This document shows, piece after piece, positions 38,740 to 47,745 of a DNA stretch of 64,000 nucleotides. The DNA is from Bacillota bacterium. Its GTDB lineage: Bacteria > Bacillota > Clostridia > DSM-8532. The position numbers were made by a program, and so were the translations under genes. Position 1 is the stretch's first letter. Each line of letters starts with the position of its first letter. The stretch is taken from NCBI GenBank assembly GCA_022702935.2, contig JAKIML020000053.1, forward strand, positions 1,245-65,244, written 5' to 3'. The notes below the pieces were generated by a model. That model saw only the letters and a list, made by a program, of their open reading frames with translations. It had not been told where the DNA came from and did no database searches.

Positions 38740-38931
38740 TGAAGTACATGGGCAGCTTTAATTATAAGGGATGTGGGAAGAACCGCGCAAGAATTATCAG
38801 GAGAAACGTTGTCCCGCTATATGCGCTTCAGGATGGCCCGCCTTCTTCGGATGAGGGGTGCGGCACGGCAAATGGAGCGTGGGACAGGAGTAAAAAACTG
38901 GCTTCCCATGCAGGGTGAGAAATTTTGGGGC

Positions 38932-38960
38932 TTGAAAAACCATAGTAAAATATGTATAAT
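38932..38960 (+). promoter_or_regulatory. Sigma-A promoter for tRNA-Pro
   Basis: TTGAAA (38932-38937), a 17-nt spacer, then TATAAT (38955-38960). Confidence 0.55.
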
Positions 38961-38976
38961 CTAGTACGTTATCCGT

Positions 38977-39052
38977 CGAGGTGTAGCGCAGTTGGTAGCG
39001 CGCTTGGTTTGGGACCAAGATGCCGGGGGTTCGAGTCCTCTCACCTCGACCA
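38977..39052 (+). tRNA. tRNA-Pro (anticodon UGG), CCA encoded
   Basis: Acceptor CGAGGTG/CACCTCG, D-arm GCGC-AGTTGGTA-GCGC, anticodon arm CTTGG-TTTGGGA-CCAAG, T-loop TTCGAGT. Confidence 0.9.
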
Positions 39053-39066
39053 AATTTTATTACCAA

Positions 39067-39111
39067 GATTGATACAATGAGAGCCAGTCCATCGGGGCTG
39101 GCTCTTGTTGT
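39067..39111 (+). repeat. Direct repeat copy A (also a terminator hairpin)
   Basis: GATTGATACAATGAGAGCCAGTCCATCGGGGCTGGCTCTTGTTGT. Copy B at 41956-41999 differs by 3 substitutions and 1 indel. Confidence 0.85.
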
Positions 39112-39462
39112 GCCTTAGTGGCATTGATTCCCATACCATTGTGTGATAAAGGGGCTAAAGAAGTTTCATTACACTGATAATTTCTACAGCAATAGAGGCT
39201 CCGGTTTTAAGAATATCGTTATCAGGTTTATATAACTTCCTAAGATAAGATTCTCTCCCGTCATTGTCATTCTTCCTAAAAAATCACAGAATGTATTTAT
39301 GTCTTTACTATTGATATTATACAGTTTTAGCCTAGTGAGCTGGTTTTGTCAGCAAAGTCTTAAAGTTGCGAATATTGCCATCGCACATAAAATCTAGTAA
39401 ATTAAGAGATGTTTGATTATTTAATTAATTTATGTGGTATTTAAAGCATATAGTTCAGTCTT

Positions 39463-39759
39463 TTGTTTTATAGGGGAGAGAGGAATATAAATAATGACTT
39501 CATTTCCGGAGACTTAAGAATTCCTTATCTATTGGCCAATATTGTGTTTATCGTTTTAGGCGTGATATATCAGTTCAAGTCTAATAAGGGTGACCCCAAT
39601 ATTATTTGGTTTTCTAAAAAAGAAGAGAGCACGCATGCGTCGAACATAAGTAAGATAGATTCTCCAGTAAAAAAGGGCAAGGTTAATTGTCCATATTGCT
39701 ATACGATAAATCCAGAAGGCAGCTCTTATTGTCGCAAATGTGGAAAGAGCGTGATCTAA
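39463..39759 (+). CDS. Hypothetical small protein with C-terminal zinc ribbon (possibly truncated)
   Basis: 98 aa with a non-ATG start, one TM helix (LLANIVFIVLGVIY) and CPYC...CRKCG at the C-terminus. It sits in an AT-rich context and a terminator follows at 39773-39820. Confidence 0.35.
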   Translation: MFYRGERNINNDFISGDLRIPYLLANIVFIVLGVIYQFKSNKGDPNIIWFSKKEESTHASNISKIDSPVKKGKVNCPYCYTINPEGSSYCRKCGKSVI

Positions 39760-39900
39760 GATTCATGATAGAAGGGGCTGTCTCAAAGTGAGTTTAAATT
39801 TTGGGGCAGCTCCCTTTTTTCATATCAGATTTTGATAATCAATGTTCATGATTCAATAGTTAAAGATGATAAACTAGAGATTTCTGAGGGTACCGTCAAG

Positions 39901-40430
39901 ATTTTTTCGCAAGATTACTCTAACCGTTTAGTAGACTGCATTTAGCCGACTGTCATTAGAGAGTCATCCAGGTCTATATCTTCAAGATGTTTCATGCTCA
40001 TGTAGCGCTTGGTTCCCCAAGCCTTGCTTGCAACATAGCGTAACCTTGCACAAACCAAAATTAGGGCTGAATTTACATCAGGAAAGGTGCCAACAACCCT
40101 ATTCTGTGCCTTTTGTCTTGCTGTAGCCTTGTTTTCTTGTGCATGGATAGCCTTCAGCATTGCGGCCACTTCTTTCACCTTGGAGCGCGGGGTTACAGTG
40201 AAAACATTTCGGTAGAAGTGAACTGTGCATCGCTGGTATTTAGCATCTGGAAAGACCTCATTAATTGCCTCTAAGAGCCCCAGACATTTATCGCCAATGA
40301 ATAACTGAACCCCAGATAAACTTCGCTCCTTTAGTCCCTGTAAAAAGGCTAACCAGCTTGCTTTATCTTCTTTCAAACGGTTACGCCCATGTCATTTTTT
40401 ATCGAGCTTTTATGAATTTGCGAAAAATAT
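39901..40430 (-). mobile_element. Deletion derivative of an IS256-family insertion sequence
   Basis: It contains the truncated transposase ORF. Nested inverted repeats flank it: TTTTTCGCAA (39903-39912) against TTGCGAAAAA (40418-40427), and TAACCGTTT (39921-39929) against AAACGGTTA (40375-40383). Confidence 0.5.
39942..40376 (-). pseudogene. IS256-family (mutator-type) transposase, C-terminal fragment with internal deletion
   Basis: 144 aa with GVQLFIGDKCLGLLEAINEVFPDAKYQRCTVHFYRNVF and RVVGTFPDVNSALILVCARLRYVA, both IS256-family signatures. About 250 N-terminal residues are missing, as is the segment between ...ARQKAQ and NRVVGTFPD. Confidence 0.8.
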
Positions 40431-40658
40431 TATACTTTATCTTTTTTGCTTAGAGGGGAATTGAACAAGGCGCAGCCCCGGATCGGGCGGGACATGACAC
40501 AAAACTTGATTTTTGATCCTTAATATGATAAGTTCGTCCAGAGTACATCGTCCGGATTCCCTTGTACAGATGCTTGATGAAGCGCGGAGGGGTTGTCCCG
40601 CGGACGGACGGGGCTTAGTTTTTCTTGTGCTGCCAGCACAAAAGAAAGGGATATCAAA

Positions 40659-41918
40659 ATGTCAAAGAGAATAGTCACTTTAGTTCTTGCTTTGCTTATA
40701 GCCGCCAATTTGTCGGGATGCAATCCAGCGGCCAATCCGTCGGAGGTAAGCAGCTCTGTCGTCCCTGAACCCACAGCCGTTATCGATCGCGATATGAATG
40801 AAAACATAGAAGAGGAGCCAACCGGGGAGATAGACCAGGCTCAGGATGATACCCAGGAAGCCGTTGCCGAAGAAAAAACGGTTTATATTAGCGCTTACCG
40901 GGTGAGTGTCCGGGAGGAAAGCAAGCTTAAAAGCAATTTGCTTGGAAGCCTGTCCAAGGGAGAGCCCGTCAAGGTTATCGAGGAAGTTACCAATGAGGAA
41001 GCGACCTGGTATAAGATTCATTTTGAAAATGCAGAGAACAATACGGAAGGCTGGATCTTATCCCAATACACCGTTGCGGATATGGATGAGCTCACCACAG
41101 CGTCCGAGCCATTTAGTGACAAAAGCATGAATGACTTTTTTACGTCACCGACGCTTTTTGAGGATAATATCATCGTGGCTTATTACGGGCACCCCAGTTC
41201 AGAAACCATGGGGATTGTGGGCCGCCATTCCAGGGAGGAGCTTATCTCCCTGTTAAAGGAGGTTGCTGAAGAGTATGATTCCGTTAACGGAAATCAGGGT
41301 GTAATCCCGGCGATATACCTTGTTTACGGAACCGTCCAGCCCGGGGGCAAAATCTATAAAATGAAGCCCGACCTTGTCATGCCATACATTGAGGCAGCCT
41401 ATGAGAACGGCATGCTCGTCTATCTGGATCATCAAATCGGTAAATATTCTCCTATTGATGCCCTTAATGAGATCCTGCCCTTTCTGAAGTATCCCAATGT
41501 CCACCTTGCGCTTGATCCCGAATGGCGGACAGATAAGCCCATGAAAGAGCTAGGCCATTTAACCGGGCCCGAGCTTAATGAAATTCAGGAAACCATGAGG
41601 GAGTATATGACTTCCAACGATATACAAGGCAAGCGACAGTTTGTTTTCCATCAGTTCAGGGACAGCATGATTCGTGATATTTCAGCTGTATCCTGCGATT
41701 ATGATCCGGTTTTGCTTGTACATAATACCTCCGGGTGGGGCTCCCCCCATTCAAAGATAGAAACCCATACCAGAAATGCCAAGGCCACAAACATACCCTA
41801 TAAGGGCTTTAAACTATGGTATTTCTATAAACCGGAGGTCCACGCCGATAATCCGCTTATGACGCCAGAACAGGTTCTGAACCTTGATCCAAAGCCGGGA
41901 CTTATTATTTATCAATAA
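40659..41918 (+). CDS. Lipoprotein with SH3b-like domain and uncharacterised C-terminal domain
   Basis: Lipobox LLIAANLSGC and an acidic linker. The SH3b-like segment is YRVSVREESKLKSNLLGSLSKGEPVKVIEE...WYKIHF...GWILSQY. I cannot assign the roughly 270-aa C-terminal domain. Confidence 0.65.
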   Translation: MSKRIVTLVLALLIAANLSGCNPAANPSEVSSSVVPEPTAVIDRDMNENIEEEPTGEIDQAQDDTQEAVAEEKTVYISAYRVSVREESKLKSNLLGSLSKGEPVKVIEEVTNEEATWYKIHFENAENNTEGWILSQYTVADMDELTTASEPFSDKSMNDFFTSPTLFEDNIIVAYYGHPSSETMGIVGRHSREELISLLKEVAEEYDSVNGNQGVIPAIYLVYGTVQPGGKIYKMKPDLVMPYIEAAYENGMLVYLDHQIGKYSPIDALNEILPFLKYPNVHLALDPEWRTDKPMKELGHLTGPELNEIQETMREYMTSNDIQGKRQFVFHQFRDSMIRDISAVSCDYDPVLLVHNTSGWGSPHSKIETHTRNAKATNIPYKGFKLWYFYKPEVHADNPLMTPEQVLNLDPKPGLIIYQ

Positions 41919-41955
41919 AGAATAACGATGTTTAGTTTCCGTATCTGTCAGCCAT

Positions 41956-41999
41956 GATTGATACATGAGAGCCAGTCCTTCGGGGCCGGCTCTTATTGT
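41956..41999 (+). repeat. Direct repeat copy B (also a terminator hairpin)
   Basis: GATTGATACATGAGAGCCAGTCCTTCGGGGCCGGCTCTTATTGT, about 90% identical to 39067-39111. Confidence 0.85.
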
Positions 42000-42439
42000 A
42001 TTTGAACTTATGCACAATAAGTTTTAATATTAGATAAAAGTAATATAAGAAGGGATAAGCATGAAAAACAGCATAAGTAACATTTCTATCCTGATACATC
42101 CTCCTGTTAGAATTTATCTATGCGCTTCATTTCACAGCAAACTCAGAGGATATGGACAAATTCTTTTTGCAGTTTAATTATGTTCAAACAGAAGAAGTTA
42201 AGCAGAACTGTTTTGGTAAACCTGTAATACAGGATGAAATAGATTACTTGATTATTTTTACGATCTTTATAACAGGGGTTATGTCTTGTGCAACTAATAA
42301 TGAGTTTTAGTGATACAGTCTGTGCGCGCCTCTCACATAGATGTGTGTTTTTTCTGATATTTAATTTTTTTGTCATGATGAAATATTTCATCCTCTCCTA
42401 CTGTCCTTTATTAATGAGAGGGATGAAGGGAGTGAAGTC

Positions 42440-42981
42440 ATGAATGATTGTGAACTGCTGCAGAAAATAGGATGCGGTGATGCAAAGGCTTTGGAAAAGC
42501 TGATGGATAAGTACTCAAGATATGTTGTGGCAGTGATTGTCCATCTGGCAGGAGAACAATTGGCTTATGAGGATGTGGAAGAAATCTGCTCCGATGTTTT
42601 TGTGAAAATATGGAGATGTAGCTCGTCCATTCAATTGGCCTCCGACACCCTAAAGCCATATTTGCGGCGACAGCAAAGAATCTGACCATCAACAGGCTCA
42701 AACAAAACGTTTCCCGGCAATGGGAGGAGATTAATGATGCCAACTGTGCAGCCCTAACCGATGAATCAGAGCAAATCGAACTGAAGGATACGGTGAAAAC
42801 TGCGATTAACTCTCTCAAACAACCGGATCGGGATCTCTTTGTCAGGCGGTATTTTCACCAAGACACCATCGGCAGGCTTGCTCAGATTTTCGGGCTGAAG
42901 CCCAGCACCGTTGCCACAAAGCTGTCCAGAGCCAGAAAATCTCTGGCCAAGCAATTCAATGAAAGAGGGGATAGTGTATGA
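42440..42981 (+). pseudogene. Sigma-70 family (ECF-like) sigma factor interrupted by a frameshift
   Basis: Region 2 is in frame 2 (42440-42685, ...DVFVKIWR...LKPYL). Region 4 is in frame 1 (AIFAATAKNLTINRLKQ...LFVRRYFH...STVATKLSRARKSLAKQ, ending at 42981). The frames join near the T-run at 42659-42663. Confidence 0.7.
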
Positions 42982-44381
42982 ATTTAACCAATCCAATAGA
43001 AGAAATCCAGAATATGTCGGTGGATGAAATCGAGCTCCATGCTCAAATTCCGAAGAGCATTTCATTGAGAAGAATCAAGAGGAAGACCCTTGCCAGGGTT
43101 CAACCGCAATCCGGAAGATTTGCCGTCAGAAAGACTGTATTGGTGCCGGTGTTCCTTCTGATGTTGCTGTTGACCGTGGGAGTCTACGCCTATAGCAGCA
43201 ACCTGTGGGGCTTGTTCTATAAAAACAGTGACAAGGTCATTTCCAATGAGAGCTATCCTGAGCAGAGTGTTGAATCCGAAGGGATTAAGATCACGGTCCA
43301 TCAGGCAGCCTTTGGTGATTACAACGGTATGGTCATTCTGAGCCTTGAGAATACCGATGGTTCAACGCTCGACTTCAACACCCTTCCACATTTTACTGTA
43401 CCCTCAGGCCTGGGCGGATATACTGTTTATGATATGCGAGAGCTTTCTGATGACGGCAAGACCATGCATTATTGTGTGATGATCAGGAGTACAGGAGGCA
43501 AACTGACATCTGCACCATTAAATTTTAGCATTCCACAAATAGACTTTTATGAAACTTCAACTCCCCATGCAGACTTTTCAGTGGCCGATTTATTGAGTGA
43601 CCAATACCAGGATATTCTGAGCGTCCAGAAAGACTCAAGAAAGGTGGCCATTCTCAGTACACACGACCTGATTACATTCAGAAATCAGGTTATTGATAAA
43701 GGGGATATCCAATGGGTAGAAGAGGTGGAAGGCTTTGGCGTTTTAACGGCCGGTTATGTGGATGATCAACTGAACATTGTTTTTGAACGCAGAAGGGATG
43801 GAGACTTCAGTGCCTGGCTGGCAGGCTTGTATGATACAAGAAGCGGCAATATGCTGATGCAGGCCGATTCATGCGAGATGGGAGAAATAGGTGGGAACAC
43901 GGTTGTGGAGATGTCTTATTTTTCCGACATACCCAGGGAGGAACTGCCCTACCTGATACCCGTCATCACAAAGCTGAAGAAGAACACATCGGTAAAAGGG
44001 GATTGGCAGTTTATGCTGGACACGACCAGAACACTCGATGAGATTGAGATTACTGAAGGTTTGAATGCTCCAGGGATTCCGGGTGTGATTGAATGTCAGA
44101 AGCTTAACCTGAGCACTATCGGTGTTGGTTTGAATCTGACATCCAAGTCTCTTCAGGCTATAGACATTTTATTAGAGAATGACGGTTCCACCGACAGCTA
44201 CTGCGTCATGGAGGATGGTTCCAGAATAGTGCTGTATCCAAACAGTGGGGGCAGTACAAGCATGGCACCGGACAATACATTGTTTGCCTTAGATGTTATC
44301 TTCACATCCCGTGATTATGTTATCGCGACCGATGAGGTTGCTGAGATCTGGATTAGGAATGAGCTGATCTGGAGGAAATAA
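42978..44381 (+). CDS. Putative anti-sigma factor (DUF4179-like: N-terminal cytoplasmic segment, one TM, large extracytoplasmic domain)
   Basis: 467 aa. Its ATG overlaps the sigma-factor stop (ATGA). TM helix VLVPVFLLMLLLTVGVYAY. The assignment is by context. Confidence 0.5.
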   Translation: MNLTNPIEEIQNMSVDEIELHAQIPKSISLRRIKRKTLARVQPQSGRFAVRKTVLVPVFLLMLLLTVGVYAYSSNLWGLFYKNSDKVISNESYPEQSVESEGIKITVHQAAFGDYNGMVILSLENTDGSTLDFNTLPHFTVPSGLGGYTVYDMRELSDDGKTMHYCVMIRSTGGKLTSAPLNFSIPQIDFYETSTPHADFSVADLLSDQYQDILSVQKDSRKVAILSTHDLITFRNQVIDKGDIQWVEEVEGFGVLTAGYVDDQLNIVFERRRDGDFSAWLAGLYDTRSGNMLMQADSCEMGEIGGNTVVEMSYFSDIPREELPYLIPVITKLKKNTSVKGDWQFMLDTTRTLDEIEITEGLNAPGIPGVIECQKLNLSTIGVGLNLTSKSLQAIDILLENDGSTDSYCVMEDGSRIVLYPNSGGSTSMAPDNTLFALDVIFTSRDYVIATDEVAEIWIRNELIWRK

Positions 44382-44438
44382 AGCTTTATAAGATAGCGTA
44401 ACGTTAGGACCCTCTGAATTTTGCCGTACCTGAATATG

Positions 44439-44490
44439 AAAAAGGGAACTGTCTCAAAATCTTAACTCATTTTAGGACAGTTCCCTTTTT
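44439..44490. terminator. Bidirectional terminator
   Basis: AAAAAGGGAACTGTC...GACAGTTCCCTTTTT between convergent genes. Confidence 0.8.
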
Positions 44491-44552
44491 ATAAAGCTTG
44501 TTATAGTGCTTTATGCTTCATTCCCCAAGTAGGCACACTGAAAATGTGAAGT

Positions 44553-46115
44553 TCATCTGAGATGCTTTATCTTGTCGAAGTTATAGTCAATCAGCCAACT
44601 GAGCAATGCGCCCGGACCGGTCTGCTGCATCTTAACCTCGTCTCCCAGAATGATGCCTGCTTTGTCTTGGTTGCTGTAAGGCCGCCATTGCGGGAGCGGG
44701 GTGCCGTCGGCATCCAATCCGTTGGGGTCCCCGGTTTTGGCAAAATTAGTCCAGTATGTACACATACGGCGCGCCAGATCGTAATGCTTGCCTGTAAAGG
44801 GCCGCCAGCATTTTGCCAGTGTCTCAAAGGAAAACCACAGATCGACGGAATGGAATGCGCCCGCATCATCGCCGGGAATGGAGGGTTCAAAGCTGTAATA
44901 ATAGACATCCTTAAAGCCCTTTTCAACAGCGTTCTGGCAGAACATATGGGAACCGACCTCAAAGATATTGAGCTTTACAGCATCCTTCAGTTTCCCCATA
45001 TCTCCGCCTGTCTCCTTCATGCAGGCTTCCACAAATCCCTCCACTGCATCATCTCCAAACTCTTGCCTTCCCAGCTCTCTCAGGCTTTCGAGCGTGCCAT
45101 CCTCCAGGCCGGTTATAAACTCGTTGGATGTGTTGCCGATGATGACGGGGATATTGTGCTGCTTACCCTTGAGGAAAATCTTGGTATACGATGCCGGAAC
45201 ATACTTCCCATCCAGGACAATTCCCCAGAAGCCACTGAATTCTCCGAATTCTCTGAATTCCTGATTCTTGCGAACCAAAGTTAAGGCATCGATCTGGCGT
45301 GCCTCGGCAAGGGACTTTACACCCAGAAATTCGAAAAACTCAATCCCCACTTTTTCTGCCTCAGCCAGCGGCATTGCGTCTCTCTTTTTTGCCGCAGCCA
45401 GACCTGGGCCGGAGACAAACATACCGCCGCCGGATTGAACGATTGCTTTCTGGAACGATCCCTTGGCCATTGGAGAAGCCAGGTGTGTCAGGACGCTGCC
45501 GCCGCCGGCGGATTGTCCAAAAATTGTGATGTTGTTTGGATCTCCGCCGAAATTGGCAATATTGCGGCGTACCCAGTCAATGCCGGCCTTTTGATCCAAA
45601 AGACCCCAGTTGGCGCAGGGCGCGTCCGGATTTTCGGCCGTGAGCTCAGGGTGCGCCAAAAAGCCGAATAAACTGAGCCGGTAATTTAAAGATACGAAAA
45701 CGACTCCTCGGCGCGCAATGCGCTCGCCGTCAAATTCCATCTCGCTGGGGTAACCCCACTGCAGACCGCCGCCAAAGATCCATACCATGACAGGAAGCCG
45801 TTCTTCACCGGTTTTCATAGGTGTCCAGATATTGAGCTGGAGGCAATCCTCGTTCATTGGAACAGTAGGATCAACGTGCCATTCCTTGGTGTAAATATTG
45901 TCCGGGTCCAATCCCGGGGTATCCTGCATGGCGATGGGCCCGAATTCCAGGCAATCCCGTATGCCTTCCCATGGTATCGGCGGCTGAGGTGCTTTCCATC
46001 GCAGATTGCCTACGGGCGGCGCAGCAAAGGGAATGCCTTTAAACGCGGTAATCCTCGGATCGGCTGCGGGTATTCCGCGGACCAAGCCGGCCTCTGTCTT
46101 AGCAATTCTCAACAT
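44553..46115 (-). CDS. Carboxylesterase type B (para-nitrobenzyl esterase-like)
   Basis: 520 aa with GIPFAAPPVGNLRW, the oxyanion loop VWIFGGGL and a nucleophile elbow FGQSAGG. Confidence 0.9.
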   Translation of the reverse strand: MLRIAKTEAGLVRGIPAADPRITAFKGIPFAAPPVGNLRWKAPQPPIPWEGIRDCLEFGPIAMQDTPGLDPDNIYTKEWHVDPTVPMNEDCLQLNIWTPMKTGEERLPVMVWIFGGGLQWGYPSEMEFDGERIARRGVVFVSLNYRLSLFGFLAHPELTAENPDAPCANWGLLDQKAGIDWVRRNIANFGGDPNNITIFGQSAGGGSVLTHLASPMAKGSFQKAIVQSGGGMFVSGPGLAAAKKRDAMPLAEAEKVGIEFFEFLGVKSLAEARQIDALTLVRKNQEFREFGEFSGFWGIVLDGKYVPASYTKIFLKGKQHNIPVIIGNTSNEFITGLEDGTLESLRELGRQEFGDDAVEGFVEACMKETGGDMGKLKDAVKLNIFEVGSHMFCQNAVEKGFKDVYYYSFEPSIPGDDAGAFHSVDLWFSFETLAKCWRPFTGKHYDLARRMCTYWTNFAKTGDPNGLDADGTPLPQWRPYSNQDKAGIILGDEVKMQQTGPGALLSWLIDYNFDKIKHLR

Positions 46116-46371
46116 AGTATCCTCCTTACTTCCAACTTTATAGGTTATCCCAAATATTACAGTGACTTTCGGTCTGTTGCCTTCGCATCATCTCTGCCGG
46201 TATGATTGTCAAATGTTTAGTTTTTACTTGCCGGGTCCATCAATGATGAGTTTGTCCGTACATATTAGCTTTAAAATAACTCTGTCTTTGGAACTGTACA
46301 ATCCAAAAACTATACTAAATATCCGGATTATTATTCCATGAGCTAAAAGTCCGAGGCTTAAATCTTGATTT

Positions 46372-46385
46372 TTAGAACGTTCTAA
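46372..46385. promoter_or_regulatory. Perfect 14-bp palindrome, candidate LacI-family operator
   Basis: TTAGAACGTTCTAA lies 78 nt upstream of the LacI regulator start. Related sites occur at 47544, 47627, 47654 and 49049. Confidence 0.55.
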
Positions 46386-46462
46386 TATATAATAAACTGC
46401 AAAAGTGATAGGCTTTAGCAGAAGCAAAGGTCAGCTTCTGTTTTCTTTGGAGGTTGCCAAGA

Positions 46463-47509
46463 ATGACAACAATTCGGGATGTGGCAAAACGAGCCGGGGT
46501 CTCACGCAGTACGGTTTCGCTGGTCTTAAATAATAGCCCCCTTGTTAAAGAGGAGACAAGACAACAGGTTCTTAAGGTCATTGAGGAAATGGAGTATACT
46601 CCCAATAATAATGCCAGGGGTCTCAGCAGCAAGAACACCAATAACCTTGGCATCATCATAATGACTGAGCAAGCTATAACTACTGCAGTATCAAGCGGCT
46701 ATGAATTTAACAGCCATACGGGCTTGACAAGTCATAATATTAGTGCCGGCATCATGTCAAGGCTTGCGGACACAGGCTATGGTGTTGCCATGGAATACTT
46801 CTGTTCTGTGCAGGAGCCCGATGATCTTCCGATGCTCATAAAGTCAAAGCGTGTTGATGGCGTGTTTATTGTAGGGTCGCCCTATAGTCCCAAATTGATT
46901 GAAAATCTTAAAAATAGGAACATTCCCTTTGTCATGGTTGGTATTAACAGCTGTGAGGAGGGCATTGATTCGATCATGGCTGACCCCGGTGTGGGTATTA
47001 CCATTTCGATGGATTATCTTTATAAGAAGGGCCACCGCAGTCCCTGCCTGGTCAACTGTCCCAGGGCCTACCGTTCGCACTATACCAGAAAGGATGCCTT
47101 TGAAAAGGCAGTACATAAGATGCGTCTGGAGAATTCATGCTGGCTGCTGGAATGCAAAAGCAACGATGGCGAAAGCGGGTATAAAACCTTTTCGAAATTC
47201 TGGGAGGAAGGAAATCGCCCTGATAGTATTATTGCTGCCAATGCCAATATAGCATTGGGTATTATGCGTTATCTCTACGAGCAAAAAGTGCGAATCCCGG
47301 ATGACATCTCTATTATCGCCTATGAGGATTCAATGCTGTGCAGCTATGCCACCCCTGCATTAACAAGTGTTAATGTGCAAAAGGAGCTCATGGGGCAGAA
47401 GGCTGCAGAGTGCTTGCTTGCCCGGATAAAGAACCCGGACAAGAAGCCTGAGAAGATCATTATTCCCCCGTATTTTGTCCGCCGTGACAGCGTGGCCAAT
47501 AGGTTATAA
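46463..47509 (+). CDS. LacI-family transcriptional regulator
   Basis: About 348 aa from MTTIRDVAKRAGVSRSTVSLVLNN (HTH), followed by a periplasmic-binding-protein-like sugar domain. GGAGG RBS. Confidence 0.9.
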   Translation: MTTIRDVAKRAGVSRSTVSLVLNNSPLVKEETRQQVLKVIEEMEYTPNNNARGLSSKNTNNLGIIIMTEQAITTAVSSGYEFNSHTGLTSHNISAGIMSRLADTGYGVAMEYFCSVQEPDDLPMLIKSKRVDGVFIVGSPYSPKLIENLKNRNIPFVMVGINSCEEGIDSIMADPGVGITISMDYLYKKGHRSPCLVNCPRAYRSHYTRKDAFEKAVHKMRLENSCWLLECKSNDGESGYKTFSKFWEEGNRPDSIIAANANIALGIMRYLYEQKVRIPDDISIIAYEDSMLCSYATPALTSVNVQKELMGQKAAECLLARIKNPDKKPEKIIIPPYFVRRDSVANRL

Positions 47510-47619
47510 GCCTTTAGTACAGGGCTTTTTATACACTGTAAATTTAGAACGTTCCAACTCAGAACAGGGTGCTTTGCCCCAAACCTCTCTCAAGAAACTA
47601 AAATAATTGCACAAAGGCA

Positions 47620-47667
47620 TTGACATTTGGACTGGTCCAAATTATAATAATGCTTAGACCGGTCTAA
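47620..47667 (+). promoter_or_regulatory. Consensus sigma-A promoter with two overlapping palindromic operators
   Basis: TTGACA (47620-47625), a 17-nt spacer, then TATAAT (47643-47648). The palindrome TTGGACTGGTCCAA (47627-47640) fills the spacer. The perfect palindrome TTAGACCGGTCTAA (47654-47667) sits at about +1. Confidence 0.65.
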
Positions 47668-47745
47668 TATAATTCATAGCTATCACCCAATAGAACGCAT
47701 CGCTGATTGAAAGATGACTAACTTATTTTAACAAGGAGAAGAAGC

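Noticed and set aside
40440-40625. The leader might be a c-di-AMP (ydaO) riboswitch, since those often precede cell-wall or SH3 genes.
   Set aside because: Only loose resemblances are present (CCGGATTCC, CGGAGG, ACGGGG). The paired GGGGxxAATC / CCCGAATCC blocks and the pseudo-twofold architecture are not recognisable by eye. I kept it as an unclassified structured leader.
42060-42391. Small ORFs occur in the AT-rich patch after repeat copy B: an 82-aa minus-strand ORF at 42143-42391 and 44-52-aa plus-strand ORFs.
   Set aside because: None has a convincing RBS. Their composition is Lys/Asn/Ile-rich, typical of random AT-rich DNA, and they overlap each other on opposite strands.
39773-44490. 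The terminators at 39773-39820 and 44439-44490 share the word CTGTCTCAAA and might be a repeat family.
   Set aside because: The similarity is limited to about 10 nt plus generic GC-stem and T-run features. The flanks do not match, unlike the 39067/41956 pair.
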